Shown: positions 1-9,490, counted from the first letter of the stretch. The stretch: DNA of 64,000 bases from an uncultured bacterium (GCA_964483695.1 CAZACZ010000002.1:3171-67170), one strand, 5' to 3'. Notes: generated by a model not told the origin, from the sequence alone. Numbers and translations: made by a program.

Positions 1-612
1 GCGGCCCTCGGCGACCGGGTGCCGGTGATGATCGACGCCGCGCACGCGCCCGGCCTGATCGACCGGCCCGTGCCCGACGGCGCCGCGTTCTGGCTCGGCA
101 ACCTGCACAAGTGGGCGTTCTCGGCGCGCACGGCGGCAGCGCTGGTGGTGGCGCCCGGGTTCCGCGCGCAGGTGCGCCCGCTGGTGGCGAGCGCGCGGGC
201 GTCCGCCGGGTACCCCCACGCCTTCGACTACCTGGGAACGCAGGACGCGAGCGCCTTCCTAGCGCTGCCGGAGGCGCTGGCGTTCCCGGAGACGCACCTG
301 GGCGTCGGCTTCGCTGAGCTGCGCGAGCGCAACCACGAGGTCCTGGTGGCCGGCCTGGAGCGTCTGGCCCCCTACCTCCACGCCACCGCCGCTCGCGACG
401 ACGGCCTTCCCATGCGCACCGTCGCGCTCGACACCGAGGGCGGTGCGGACGAGGCGGCGCGATGGAGCACCCGGCTGCGAGACGACGGCGTCGAAGCCGC
501 GATCGTGTCGATCGGCGGGTGCCTGCACGTGCGCGTCTCGGTGCAGGCCTACGTGGCCGTCGAGGACTTCGACCGGTTGGGTGCCGCGCTGAGCCGCCTG
601 TCCCCGAGCTGA
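1..612 (+). CDS. Class V aminotransferase / isopenicillin-N-epimerase-like PLP enzyme, C-terminal part (5' end outside window)
   Basis: The frame is open from nt 1 (listed ORF 19..612). It has a GNLHKW PLP-lysine-type motif and a typical fold-type-I C-terminal domain sequence. Confidence 0.7.
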   Translation, partial: AALGDRVPVMIDAAHAPGLIDRPVPDGAAFWLGNLHKWAFSARTAAALVVAPGFRAQVRPLVASARASAGYPHAFDYLGTQDASAFLALPEALAFPETHLGVGFAELRERNHEVLVAGLERLAPYLHATAARDDGLPMRTVALDTEGGADEAARWSTRLRDDGVEAAIVSIGGCLHVRVSVQAYVAVEDFDRLGAALSRLSPS

Positions 613-700
613 CATCACGCGGCGGTCACGCGGCGCTCACGGTGCCTCTCCTATCTTCGCGCCGGTACGGCATACGCCGACCGATGGAAGGGAGACGCAC

Positions 701-1135
701 ATGATGAGCACGGTTGCAGGCCGCATGGGAGTTCGCATCGTATCGGCCCTCGTCCTCACCCTCGTCGCCTTCACGACGGCGCAGGAGTTGGTGATGGTCG
801 CCGACGGCGGCACTCCGATCCTGGCGACGTTCCTGGATGGGGACAAGAAGGTCCTTCTTGCCGACGTCGCGATCGACGGCGGGACGATCGGTCATCGCTA
901 TGGTGATGACATCGAAGAGGTCGTGTACACGACCCTGACCGTCGGCGGCGTCTCACTCCGGTTCAACACCGCCGGAAACGGAAGCAAGAACTCGATCACC
1001 ATCAGCCTGCGCACCGGTGACGTGACCCTGGCAGACGTCGTGCGCTTGTTGGAGCAGGCCGCGGACGAAGGTCGCGCGCTGCACGTCGAGCACGACGACA
1101 AGGGCTACGTGACGCACCTCGCGCTGGCCCGCTAG
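701..1135 (+). CDS. Hypothetical small secreted protein
   Basis: 144-aa ORF with a signal-like N-terminus (VRIVSALVLTLVAFTTAQE) and a purine-rich GGAAGGGAG stretch just upstream. I recognise no family. Confidence 0.5.
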   Translation: MMSTVAGRMGVRIVSALVLTLVAFTTAQELVMVADGGTPILATFLDGDKKVLLADVAIDGGTIGHRYGDDIEEVVYTTLTVGGVSLRFNTAGNGSKNSITISLRTGDVTLADVVRLLEQAADEGRALHVEHDDKGYVTHLALAR

Positions 1136-1294
1136 GACGGTCGTCGACCGCCGTTCGCCGCCAAGCTGGCGGAACCGAGGCGCCGGGAACCCACCCGGCG
1201 CCCGTTCCCGTGCCGCGCTCGCGGCCGCCACCAACTTTCCTCCGAACGCCGACCTCGAGCACGCCTTCGCGCAGCGCGCGAGGCGCTCGACGCG

Positions 1295-1639
1295 GTGGAC
1301 CCGAACATCGTGCTCGTTGGCCGATGCGAGATCCTGTTGACGGACCAGCAGGCCATCGACGTCGCCGTGGCGCGATTGAGCGCCTACGCCACCGCCGGCG
1401 CCGACTGCCTGTACGCCCCGGGCGCTTCGGACCCGGCGCACATCGCGGCGATCGTCGAGGCCGTGGCTCCGAAGCCCGTCAACGTCTTGCTGTGGGGCGA
1501 GACGATGCACCCGAGGCAGTTGGCGGCCCTGGGAGTTCGCCGCATGAGCGTGGGCGGGAAGCTGGCCAAGGCGGCTTGGCAGGCGTTCGACGCGGCTGCC
1601 GCGGCCCTGATCGGACGCTGGGACCGAGCAAGCAGCTAG
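1295..1639 (+). pseudogene. Isocitrate lyase / PEP mutase family remnant (C-terminal ~115-130 aa only)
   Basis: The translation (NIVLVGRCEILL...ARLSAYATAGADCLYAPG...PVNVLL) matches the C-terminal half of PEP-mutase/methylisocitrate-lyase-like proteins. Only about 160 nt lie between the preceding gene and this ORF, so the N-terminal barrel half is missing. Confidence 0.5.
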
Positions 1640-4600
1640 GAGAGCCCGCCGAGCCCGCCGCCGGCTCCCCCGTCGCCGTCTTCCCAGGCCTCCGCCCAGG
1701 CCTTCTCGAACGCGGCCGCGCCCATCCGCTCGCGTACCGACTCCAGCATCTCGGCATGACGGCGGGCGGCATGGTGCCGCCTCACGGCCCCGATCCGCTG
1801 CCGCAGTGCCGCGGCACGCGATGCCGCACGCACCGCCGCATCCAGATCGTCCCTCCGGTACGCCAGCCCGGCATCGACCTCCAGCGTCTCCGCCGCGAGC
1901 AGCTGCGCTCCGATCTCCTCGGCGATCGCGCGCCCTTCCTCGGCCAAGGCCGACGCCGCCGCGACGTCCCCTTCGGCCAACGCGACCGTCGCCACCGTCG
2001 GCAGCACCGGCGTGAACGCACCCAACCCGCCGATGTCGCGCGAGATGGCCAGGCTCTCGCGCGCCGCACGCACTGCCTCGTCGATGGCGCCTACCGCGAG
2101 CTCGACCTCGGCGATGTCGGCCAAGGTGCGCGCCAAGGCGTCGAGGTTGCCCGATTCGAACCATTGCGTGCGGGCATCGGCCAAGTAGCGGCGGGCGCCG
2201 TCGGCGTCGCCGAGGCCGAGCCGGATCCGCCCCCGGATCTGCGTTGCCCAGGCTCTGATCTGCCGGTCGCCGAGCTCGCGCAGTACCGCGTCCCCTTCCT
2301 CTACGTGCGCCCAGGCGGCGTCGTAGCGCCCTTGATGCTCCTCGATGAACGCCATGGACACCCTGGTGTACGCCTCACCGCGCCGGTCGCCGGAGCGTCG
2401 CCGGAGTTCCGACGCTTGCGTCACCAAGGCGTGGGCCTCGGCGAGGTCGCCCCGGGCCAACGCCACGAACCCCAGGTTGTAGCGCGCCACCGACTCCCCG
2501 CGGACGTCGCCCAGGGTACGCGCGAGCGCCACCGCCTCGGTGGCCAACGCCTCGGCGCGCCGCACGTCGCCGTCCAAGAGCGACGCCCAGGAGAGGCTGT
2601 TGAGCGAGGTAGCGAGCCCACGCTGGTCGCCGAGCTCGCGCCAGATCTCCAGCGCCTCCTCCAGGTAGCGCTTGGCGCGCGGGAAGTCGGCGCGCTCGGC
2701 GAAGATCGTGCCGGCCCCATGCAACGCCCTTGCGCGCACGGCCCCGCGCTCCTGCGCCCCGGGCAGAGCGAGGAGCGCCTCCAGACGGTCGCCTCCGGTC
2801 CGCAGGAGTCCACGCGCCACCCAGAAGCGCCATAGCGCGGCTCCCAGGCGAAGCGCCTGGGCGTGCGCGTCCCGCGCCTGCAGCCAGTCCAGCGCGGCAT
2901 GGAGGTTGCCGCGCTCGCGCTCGAGGCGCTGGATCCAGTGACCCTGGTGCGAGCCGGTGAGGTGCGGCGCCGCCTCCTCGGCCAGCGTCAGGAAGTGCGC
3001 GGCGTGCGCGTCCCGGACCTCTTGGGCTTCCTGCGATTCGTCGAGGAGCTCGGCGGCGTACTCCTGGATGGTCGCCAGCATCGTGAACCGCGGTTCGTCC
3101 GCCACGTCGTCGAGCGTCCGCAGCAGGCTGTTGTCGAGCAGTGTGGCCACCGCATCCTCGGTGTCGAGCGTCGCGCCGTCTGGGGCGTTGCCCACGTCGC
3201 CCACGGCGGCCGCGGCGTCCAGCGCGAAGCCCCCCGAGAAGCACGCCAGCCGCCGGAAGGTCGCGCGTTCGCGGACGCCGAGCAGGTCGTGACTCCAGGC
3301 GATGGCCTGGCGCAGCGTCTGCTGCCGGGCGGGGCGGTCGATGGCGCCTCCCTTGAGCAACTCCAGCCGCCGACCGAGCCTGGCGACCATCGCTTGCGGC
3401 GAGAAGAGCTTGACGCGCGCGGCCGCCAGCTCGATCGCCAGGGGGAGCCCATCGAGGTCCCGGCAGATGCGCCCCACGGCCGACGCGTTCTGCTCGGTGA
3501 GCGCGAAGTCGGGTCGGACGGCGCGAGCGCGCTCGACGAACAACGCGACGGCCGGGAACGACGCCAGGCGCTCGACGGGTTCTTCGCCGGCGGCCTCGGG
3601 CGCGGCGAGCGGCCCCACCGGCACCTCGCGCTCTAGGCTCAAGTGCAGCACGACACGGCTCGTGGCCACGACCTTCAGGCCCGCGCACGCGAGCAGCAAC
3701 CGCGCGACCACGTCGGCGCCGGTAGCAACCTGCTCCACGTTGTCGAGCACGATCAGCGTCCGCCTGGGTTGCAGGTACCACTCGACCACCTCGACCGCAG
3801 GACGCGACCCGCGATCGGCAAGGGACAGCGCCTCCGCGATGCGGTCGGCGATGCCAGAAGGGTCGACGAGCGACGCCAGCGGCACGAAGAACGCACCGTT
3901 CGGGAAGGCGGTGGCGACGCGCTTCGCGACTTCGATGGCGAGGCGCGTCTTCCCCACCCCGCCGGGGCCGGTGAGGGTGACCAGCCGCACCCCATCGCTG
4001 GCGAGAAGCCCGGCCAGCGCCCCCACGTCGGCGTCGCGGCCGATGATCGGCCCGGGGTCGGCGGGCAGGTTGCCGGGATGGACGTCGAGCGACTTCAGCG
4101 CGGGGAACGCGTTGGCGACGCCCGCGATCTCCACCTGCCAGATGCGCTCCGGGCGCTCGAGGTCCTTCAAGGCATGGACGCCCAAGTCGCGAAGCGACAA
4201 GCCGTCGGCCAGGTCGCGCTCGACGAGCCGAGCGGTGACGTCCGAGACGAGCACCTGGCCGCCGTGCCCCGCCGCGGCGATGCGCGCCGCGCGGAAGACG
4301 TCGAGGCCGGCGTAGACCTCGTCCGCCACGGGCGATTCGCCCGAGTGCATGCCCATGCGAACGCGCACCGCCGCGCCCTCGGGCCAGGCGTGCCCCGCCA
4401 GCGCCCGCTGCGCCTCCGCGGCCGCGAGGACGGCGGCGCGCGCGCTGGCGAACACCACCAACGACCCGTCCCCGGCGTTCCCACGCTCCACACCGCCGTG
4501 CCTCGCGGCGGCGTCGAGCAGCAGCCGTCGCTGGTCCACCAGCACCCGCGAGAAGCGCTCGCCCAAGGCCTGCAGGAGCCGCGTCGAGCCCTCGATGTCG

Positions 4601-4686
4601 GTGAACAGGTACGTCTCCGTGCGCTCCGGAGGACGCACCGCGGCGTCGCCGCGGTGCTCAAGGTCCGCCGGGCGGCTGGGATCCAT
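1636..4686 (-). CDS. Signalling protein: class III cyclase-homology domain + STAND/NB-ARC-like P-loop NTPase + C-terminal TPR repeats
   Basis: N-terminus has YLFTDIEGST...GDGSLVVF...RMGMHSGE...FRAARI. Walker A is LTGPGGVGKTRLA. The C-terminal half is long and TPR-like (repeated A..Y..LG motifs). Start placed at ATG 4686 (MDPSRP); the ORF extension to 4821 is implausible. Confidence 0.8.
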   Translation of the reverse strand: MDPSRPADLEHRGDAAVRPPERTETYLFTDIEGSTRLLQALGERFSRVLVDQRRLLLDAAARHGGVERGNAGDGSLVVFASARAAVLAAAEAQRALAGHAWPEGAAVRVRMGMHSGESPVADEVYAGLDVFRAARIAAAGHGGQVLVSDVTARLVERDLADGLSLRDLGVHALKDLERPERIWQVEIAGVANAFPALKSLDVHPGNLPADPGPIIGRDADVGALAGLLASDGVRLVTLTGPGGVGKTRLAIEVAKRVATAFPNGAFFVPLASLVDPSGIADRIAEALSLADRGSRPAVEVVEWYLQPRRTLIVLDNVEQVATGADVVARLLLACAGLKVVATSRVVLHLSLEREVPVGPLAAPEAAGEEPVERLASFPAVALFVERARAVRPDFALTEQNASAVGRICRDLDGLPLAIELAAARVKLFSPQAMVARLGRRLELLKGGAIDRPARQQTLRQAIAWSHDLLGVRERATFRRLACFSGGFALDAAAAVGDVGNAPDGATLDTEDAVATLLDNSLLRTLDDVADEPRFTMLATIQEYAAELLDESQEAQEVRDAHAAHFLTLAEEAAPHLTGSHQGHWIQRLERERGNLHAALDWLQARDAHAQALRLGAALWRFWVARGLLRTGGDRLEALLALPGAQERGAVRARALHGAGTIFAERADFPRAKRYLEEALEIWRELGDQRGLATSLNSLSWASLLDGDVRRAEALATEAVALARTLGDVRGESVARYNLGFVALARGDLAEAHALVTQASELRRRSGDRRGEAYTRVSMAFIEEHQGRYDAAWAHVEEGDAVLRELGDRQIRAWATQIRGRIRLGLGDADGARRYLADARTQWFESGNLDALARTLADIAEVELAVGAIDEAVRAARESLAISRDIGGLGAFTPVLPTVATVALAEGDVAAASALAEEGRAIAEEIGAQLLAAETLEVDAGLAYRRDDLDAAVRAASRAAALRQRIGAVRRHHAARRHAEMLESVRERMGAAAFEKAWAEAWEDGDGGAGGGLGGLS

Positions 4687-6565
4687 GGCGCATTGTAGGC
4701 ACGACCCGCGCCGGGGGACCGGTCGTGACGTCGAGCACCCCGCGCGGCGCCACCAGGATCTCGCGCCCCGCGAGGTCGAGGCGTTCGCCCAGCACGTGCG
4801 ATCCGAGTCCCGGCAGGGCATACGGGTCCGCTGCCGAGGCGTCCACCGCGTACCCCAGGTCGTCGAGCGAGCCCACCGTCACCGTGCTCAACGGTGTCGG
4901 TATGCCGACGTTCAGCCACCCGGTCATCAGCTCGGCGCCGAACGTCGCTTCGTCCCAGTGCCCGCACTGCGTGCCCGGACCGCCCTCGTCCTCCACCGGC
5001 AACGCACCGGAGCCGCCCAGAGCGTTCCACGCCAGGTTCGCCTCGGTGCCCGTGAACGTCGGAGGCACCACGAAGCCGGTCGCCGAGCGGCAATCCGAGG
5101 CACCGACCGGCACGTAGTCGAGCAGGTCGTGGTAGGGCGCGAACTCCCACAGCGTCCCGAACCCCATCACGTGGCCCAGTTCGTGCGTGATGGTGTCGAC
5201 CAGGGCGCCGCTCGACTGCAGCCCCGGTAGGTCGAGTGCGTCGAAGGCCATGAACCCCACGGCAGTGAGGCCCCCGTCGGCACCGCCGCTGCGCAGCAGG
5301 CACGGCCCGGCGTAGCCGAGCAGGCCGCCCGGCGCCTCGCTGAAGGTCGTGACGAACACCACCAGGTCGTCGATGGTGCCGGTGTAGGCGGGCTCCCCAC
5401 GTCCGCAACTGCCGTTGGCGGGAAGCGCGACGGCGATGTCGACCACGTCCTCGATCACGACGTCCTCCCAGCGAGCGGCGGCGGCTTCGAACGTGGCCAT
5501 CTGCGTAGGCGTGAGCAAGTGGTCGAAGAACACGAGGTCGACGTCGTAGGCGGACGTCGGCACGATCGCTTCCCGGACGACGTTGCGCACGGCCGTCGTG
5601 GCGTTACCGCCGTGATCGCGCGCCGTCACGGTGATCTGGGTCGACCCGAGCGGCAGCGGGATCGGACCGCACGGGTAGGCGTCGCCGCTCGGCGGTCCGC
5701 ACGCGTCGGTGTCGCCGTGATCGGTGGCGTACCGAACCGAGGCGACGCCGCCGTCATCGGTGGCGGTGGCGACCAGCTCGATCGACGACACCGTCACGGT
5801 GGCGCCCTCCTCCACCCCGGACAGCGTCAGCGTCGGCGGTGTCCGGTCGGGCGACGCGCGGCGCACGTGAAGCACCACCGACGCCGCGTTCTCGGCGGCG
5901 TCGCGCGCCGTGACGCTCAGGACCGTGTCCCCCAGCGGCAGCGGGACCGGACCGCACGGGTAGATGTCGTCGCCGGCGGGCGCGCATGCGCCGCTGGCGC
6001 CATGGTCGGTGGCGAAGGCCACCGAGGCGACGCCGACGTCGTCGCTGGCCACGGCGGTGACGACCACCACCTCGCTCGTCACCACCGCACCGTCCTCGAG
6101 GCCGAGGAGCGTGAGCGTGGGGGGCGTGACGTCGGCGGGCGCGGCGCGACGCACGCGCAGGACGAGCGAGGCGACGTTGGAGGCAGCGTCGAAGGCGCGC
6201 ACCAGCACGGTGTTGGCCCCGACGACGAGCGGCACGGGGCCGCAGACGTAGTCGTCACCCGCGACTGCGGCGCAGCTTCCGCTGGACGCATGGTCGGTCA
6301 GGAAGGTCACCGCGACGACGCCTCGGTCGTCGATCGCGCGCACGTCGATGGTGATGGAGTCGTGTGCTACCAGTTCGTCGTCCACGAACCCCGGAGCCTG
6401 GAGGACCGGTGGGTCGGTGTCCGTAGGGGCGGCGCATGCTGCCAACGCGATGGCGACGAGGACGACCCACGAGGACGCGCCGCGCTTGCCCCGGCACCCA
6501 ACCGCCGCAAGGCCGTGCAACCGCGTCCACCACGAACCGAAGCCGTGGCGCTGCGGGCGCCTCAC
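4658..6565 (-). CDS. Leishmanolysin-like (peptidase M8-type) zinc metalloprotease lipoprotein with three N-terminal Ig-like repeats
   Basis: Lipobox IALAAC; zinc motif HELGHVMGFG; downstream CGHWDE...ELMTG as in the leishmanolysin family. Three ~93-aa repeats precede the catalytic domain. Confidence 0.7.
   Translation of the reverse strand: MRRPQRHGFGSWWTRLHGLAAVGCRGKRGASSWVVLVAIALAACAAPTDTDPPVLQAPGFVDDELVAHDSITIDVRAIDDRGVVAVTFLTDHASSGSCAAVAGDDYVCGPVPLVVGANTVLVRAFDAASNVASLVLRVRRAAPADVTPPTLTLLGLEDGAVVTSEVVVVTAVASDDVGVASVAFATDHGASGACAPAGDDIYPCGPVPLPLGDTVLSVTARDAAENAASVVLHVRRASPDRTPPTLTLSGVEEGATVTVSSIELVATATDDGGVASVRYATDHGDTDACGPPSGDAYPCGPIPLPLGSTQITVTARDHGGNATTAVRNVVREAIVPTSAYDVDLVFFDHLLTPTQMATFEAAAARWEDVVIEDVVDIAVALPANGSCGRGEPAYTGTIDDLVVFVTTFSEAPGGLLGYAGPCLLRSGGADGGLTAVGFMAFDALDLPGLQSSGALVDTITHELGHVMGFGTLWEFAPYHDLLDYVPVGASDCRSATGFVVPPTFTGTEANLAWNALGGSGALPVEDEGGPGTQCGHWDEATFGAELMTGWLNVGIPTPLSTVTVGSLDDLGYAVDASAADPYALPGLGSHVLGERLDLAGREILVAPRGVLDVTTGPPARVVPTMRHGSQPPGGP
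5573..6424 (-). repeat. Three tandem ~280-nt coding repeats (Ig-like domains) inside the M8-like protease gene
   Basis: Protein residues about 48-140, 145-236 and 240-331 share the pattern TPPTLTL.G.E.GA.V...V...A.DD.GVASV...TDHG....C.....D.Y.CGP.PL..G......V.A.D...N......VRR. Confidence 0.75.
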
Positions 6566-6877
6566 ACCTCACGCTAGCACGGACTGGCGCTCGCCCGATG
6601 ACCGTGCGTGTCGCCCCCCACCGGCTCCCATCGGCCGTGGGTGACGGGAGGGCGGACCGTGCGATCCCACGCATCTCGCGGCCGCCGGCGCTATGCTGGA
6701 AGTACCCTGGCGACGGAAATCGCTTCCCCTGGTCGGAGGTGAAGGAGGCGCGGAGGTTCTCCGCGCATCGCCGCATACCGAGCCGACGCGCAGACCGCCC
6801 GAACCCGGCCCCGCGCCCACGGTCGCGTGCTCGGCCCGGCCCCTTCGGATGCCCTGCGGGGCCGCTAGGGGGAAGGG

Positions 6878-8512
6878 ATGAAACGCCTCGCTTCCGCTCT
6901 GGCCCTAGGCTTCGTGGTGGCCATCGGTTTGTTGTCCGCCTGCAACCAGGCACCGCCCATCGTCCCGGACCTGCAGATCAGTCCGGTCGCCGCGACCGTC
7001 TCGGCGGGTGGCGCCGGTCAGACCTTCACCGCCACTCTCCAGAACAGCAGTGCCACCGTCGTGTGGAGCTTGACCGGGAACGGATCCATCACGCCGTCCA
7101 CCGGGCTCACCACCACGTACACGCCGCCTGCTGCAGTCGCTGCCACCGAGGCGGCCGTACTCACCGCGACAGCGGGGAGCTTGACCGAATCGGCCACCAT
7201 CACCATCAACCCGGCCGCCCCGCCTGCCACCATCACCGTGAGCGGCAGCGTCCTGAAGTTCAACGGGGACGCCGCCAGCGGCATCAACGTGCAGATCGAC
7301 GACGCCGCCGGCATGACGCTGAACACGTTGAGCACCGACCTCGACCCGACGGCCACCGACCCGAGCGGGAACTTCACCATCCCGAACGTCACGCCGCCGT
7401 ACACCCTGTCGGTCATCCCGCCCGTCGGCAACGAAGTGCCGCAGACCTGGACGAACGTGACGCGCGCCGACCCGATCGTGGTCATCAACCCGTTCACCGG
7501 CGCCGCGACCTTCTGCGCCACCCCCGCCCCTGGCACCATCAACGTGACGCTGACCAACGTGGTCGGCGCAGGCAACGTCGGTCAGGTGGTGTTCGTCGGC
7601 GAAGGCATCGATCACCTCGAGATCTACTCCTACGCCGCCTCCGCGCTGATGCTGCCGGGCAGTTCGGCCATCGCCATCACCGTCCCGTTCGACCCGTCGC
7701 TGTGCAAGACGGTGATCAGCGGCAAGCTCATCTACCTCGAGCGCAACGTCAGCGGTGCGATCGTGAACACCGGCACGGCGAACGTCTCGGTGCCCACCGG
7801 GAACGTCGTGGATGCGCAGATCACGGTGCTCACCGGCACCACCAAGAGCGTCGCCGGGACCGTGAACTTCCCGGTCGGCACCACCGACGGCCTCGTCTAC
7901 TTGGTCCTCAAGGTGGGCGGCGCGAGCGTGCTCATCGAGGCCCAAGACGTCGACATCGTGGATCCGGACTACGACATCGCGGCTCCGGAGCTGCCGGGCG
8001 TGCAGTACCGCAGCTTCGTGATCGCCGGCTCGTTCATCGGTGCCCAGGTCCAGTGGGCGTACTCCGACGTGCTCACGCTCCCGGCCTTGAACGTCAACCT
8101 GAACCTGCCGAGCCTCGGTGAGACCATCACCCCGGCCGGTGCGATCGGCACGGACGTCACGCCTACCTTCCGCTACGTGCAGATCACCGGCACGAACCTC
8201 AACTACGCGTACTTCGAGGATGACCCGTTCACGGGCACGGTCCAGTGGATCGGTGCGACGCAGGCCACCTCGATCACCCTGCCCGAACTGGCTGCCCCGG
8301 CGCGGCTGACCGCCGGCACCATGGTGGCCCCCAACTACTACCTGTGGGCGCCGCTGAACTCGCTGAACATCCGGGCGGGCGGCGACTCCGACACCATGCT
8401 CGACGGGCGCCAGGTGAAGAAGCTGTACTTCGGCCTGTTCGCGTTGGCCAACCCCGACGTGATCAGCGCGGGCTCGTACAACATCTGGGCGACCAGCTTC
8501 AACCTGCCGTGA
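6878..8512 (+). CDS. Cell-surface lipoprotein (Big_2-like domain plus carboxypeptidase-regulatory-like domain), function unknown
   Basis: Lipobox LLSAC. It is T/N/V/G-rich and Arg-poor, like surface proteins. The ITVSGSV...DPSGNFTIPNV segment resembles CarboxypepD_reg. A GGGGGAAGGG RBS-like run lies upstream. Confidence 0.6.
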   Translation: MKRLASALALGFVVAIGLLSACNQAPPIVPDLQISPVAATVSAGGAGQTFTATLQNSSATVVWSLTGNGSITPSTGLTTTYTPPAAVAATEAAVLTATAGSLTESATITINPAAPPATITVSGSVLKFNGDAASGINVQIDDAAGMTLNTLSTDLDPTATDPSGNFTIPNVTPPYTLSVIPPVGNEVPQTWTNVTRADPIVVINPFTGAATFCATPAPGTINVTLTNVVGAGNVGQVVFVGEGIDHLEIYSYAASALMLPGSSAIAITVPFDPSLCKTVISGKLIYLERNVSGAIVNTGTANVSVPTGNVVDAQITVLTGTTKSVAGTVNFPVGTTDGLVYLVLKVGGASVLIEAQDVDIVDPDYDIAAPELPGVQYRSFVIAGSFIGAQVQWAYSDVLTLPALNVNLNLPSLGETITPAGAIGTDVTPTFRYVQITGTNLNYAYFEDDPFTGTVQWIGATQATSITLPELAAPARLTAGTMVAPNYYLWAPLNSLNIRAGGDSDTMLDGRQVKKLYFGLFALANPDVISAGSYNIWATSFNLP

Positions 8513-8551
8513 GGTCCGAGCGAAGCCGAGGTAGTAGCCGAACCTCGACTC

Positions 8552-8579
8552 CGTGGGGCGGGTATCGATGCCCGCCCCA
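8552..8579. terminator. Perfect 10-bp stem hairpin between convergent genes (candidate bidirectional intrinsic terminator, no U-tract)
   Basis: GTGGGGCGGG-TATCGATG-CCCGCCCCAC, read directly from the sequence. It lies between the stops at 8512 (+) and 8633 (-). Confidence 0.5.
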
Positions 8580-8632
8580 CGAGCTTCCTCGCGCGCCCTC
8601 GACCCACCGACCAGCAAGGCGCCGTGGTGCCT

Positions 8633-9490
8633 TCATCGCGGCCGGGCGTAGATGGCCACCTCCACCGCACCGGTGTTGCCGCCCGTCGACGCCACCACCC
8701 GGAAGGTGAACTCCTGGCCGCTGCCGGTGGCGGCGAAGTCGTACCTGCCGGCCGCGTCCGGCACGTCGAACGGCCCGAACACCTCGCCGCGCTCGTTGAC
8801 GACCTCGAAGCTCCGGATCTCGGCGCTCGTGACCATGGTGCGCGTCCAGAAGCCGAAGCCCACCACCTCCGTCGGCTCGGCCAAGCGGATGGTCAGGTAG
8901 GCGCCGTCGCCGTCACCACGCGACGACCACTCGCTGCGCGGGTCGCCGTCGATCGCGTTCCGCGCCGCGTACGCGCCGCCGAACTCGCTGCTCACCGCCA
9001 CGATCTCGGCCCCAGCTTCCGCGGTGGCCACGTTCACGCCCAGAGGCGCCGTACCGGCCGCCGCAAGCGTTCGGAAGCGCAAGATCTCGCTGGCATAGAA
9101 TTGTCCGGTCGCGTCGCTTCCTTGCAGTCGGTAGAGGTACTCGGTGTCCGGCTCGAGGCCCCGGAGCAGCACCCGGTGCTCGCGGTGCGCGGCCGCGCCC
9201 ATGTTCGCGTCCAAGGCGAGCTCGCCGAACGCTTCGCTGCGGCCGAACACCACGACGCACGCCAGGTCGACGGTCGTCGTCACGACGAGCGTCGCCGACG
9301 TGGCGGTGACCTCGCTCACGGCGATCGGACCCTCGACCACGGAGTCGATCGGGAGGGAGGCGAGGGGCTGCGACGCGGCCGTCCCGCAGGCGGCCACGAC
9401 GCACAGAGCCGCCAGCCATCGCGGGACGGAAGCTCCACGTGGCGACGGCGCACACGCGCTCCGTTCTTGCGTCTTCGGACCTTCGTGCAT
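8633..9490 (-). CDS. Lipoprotein with FN3-like and F5/8 type C (discoidin)-like domains
   Basis: Lipobox VVAACG. LEPDTEYLYRL is an FN3/PAP-N-terminal-like motif. A.NAIDGDP.SEWSS...YL is a discoidin-like motif. Start is uncertain (ATG 9490, 9508 or 9580). Confidence 0.55.
   Translation of the reverse strand: MHEGPKTQERSACAPSPRGASVPRWLAALCVVAACGTAASQPLASLPIDSVVEGPIAVSEVTATSATLVVTTTVDLACVVVFGRSEAFGELALDANMGAAAHREHRVLLRGLEPDTEYLYRLQGSDATGQFYASEILRFRTLAAAGTAPLGVNVATAEAGAEIVAVSSEFGGAYAARNAIDGDPRSEWSSRGDGDGAYLTIRLAEPTEVVGFGFWTRTMVTSAEIRSFEVVNERGEVFGPFDVPDAAGRYDFAATGSGQEFTFRVVASTGGNTGAVEVAIYARPR

Noticed and set aside
5573-6424. Tandem ~280-nt repeats considered as a possible CRISPR or satellite array.
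   Set aside because: The repeats are in frame within a continuous ORF and encode similar Ig-like domains. There is no short repeat/spacer architecture and there are no cas genes.
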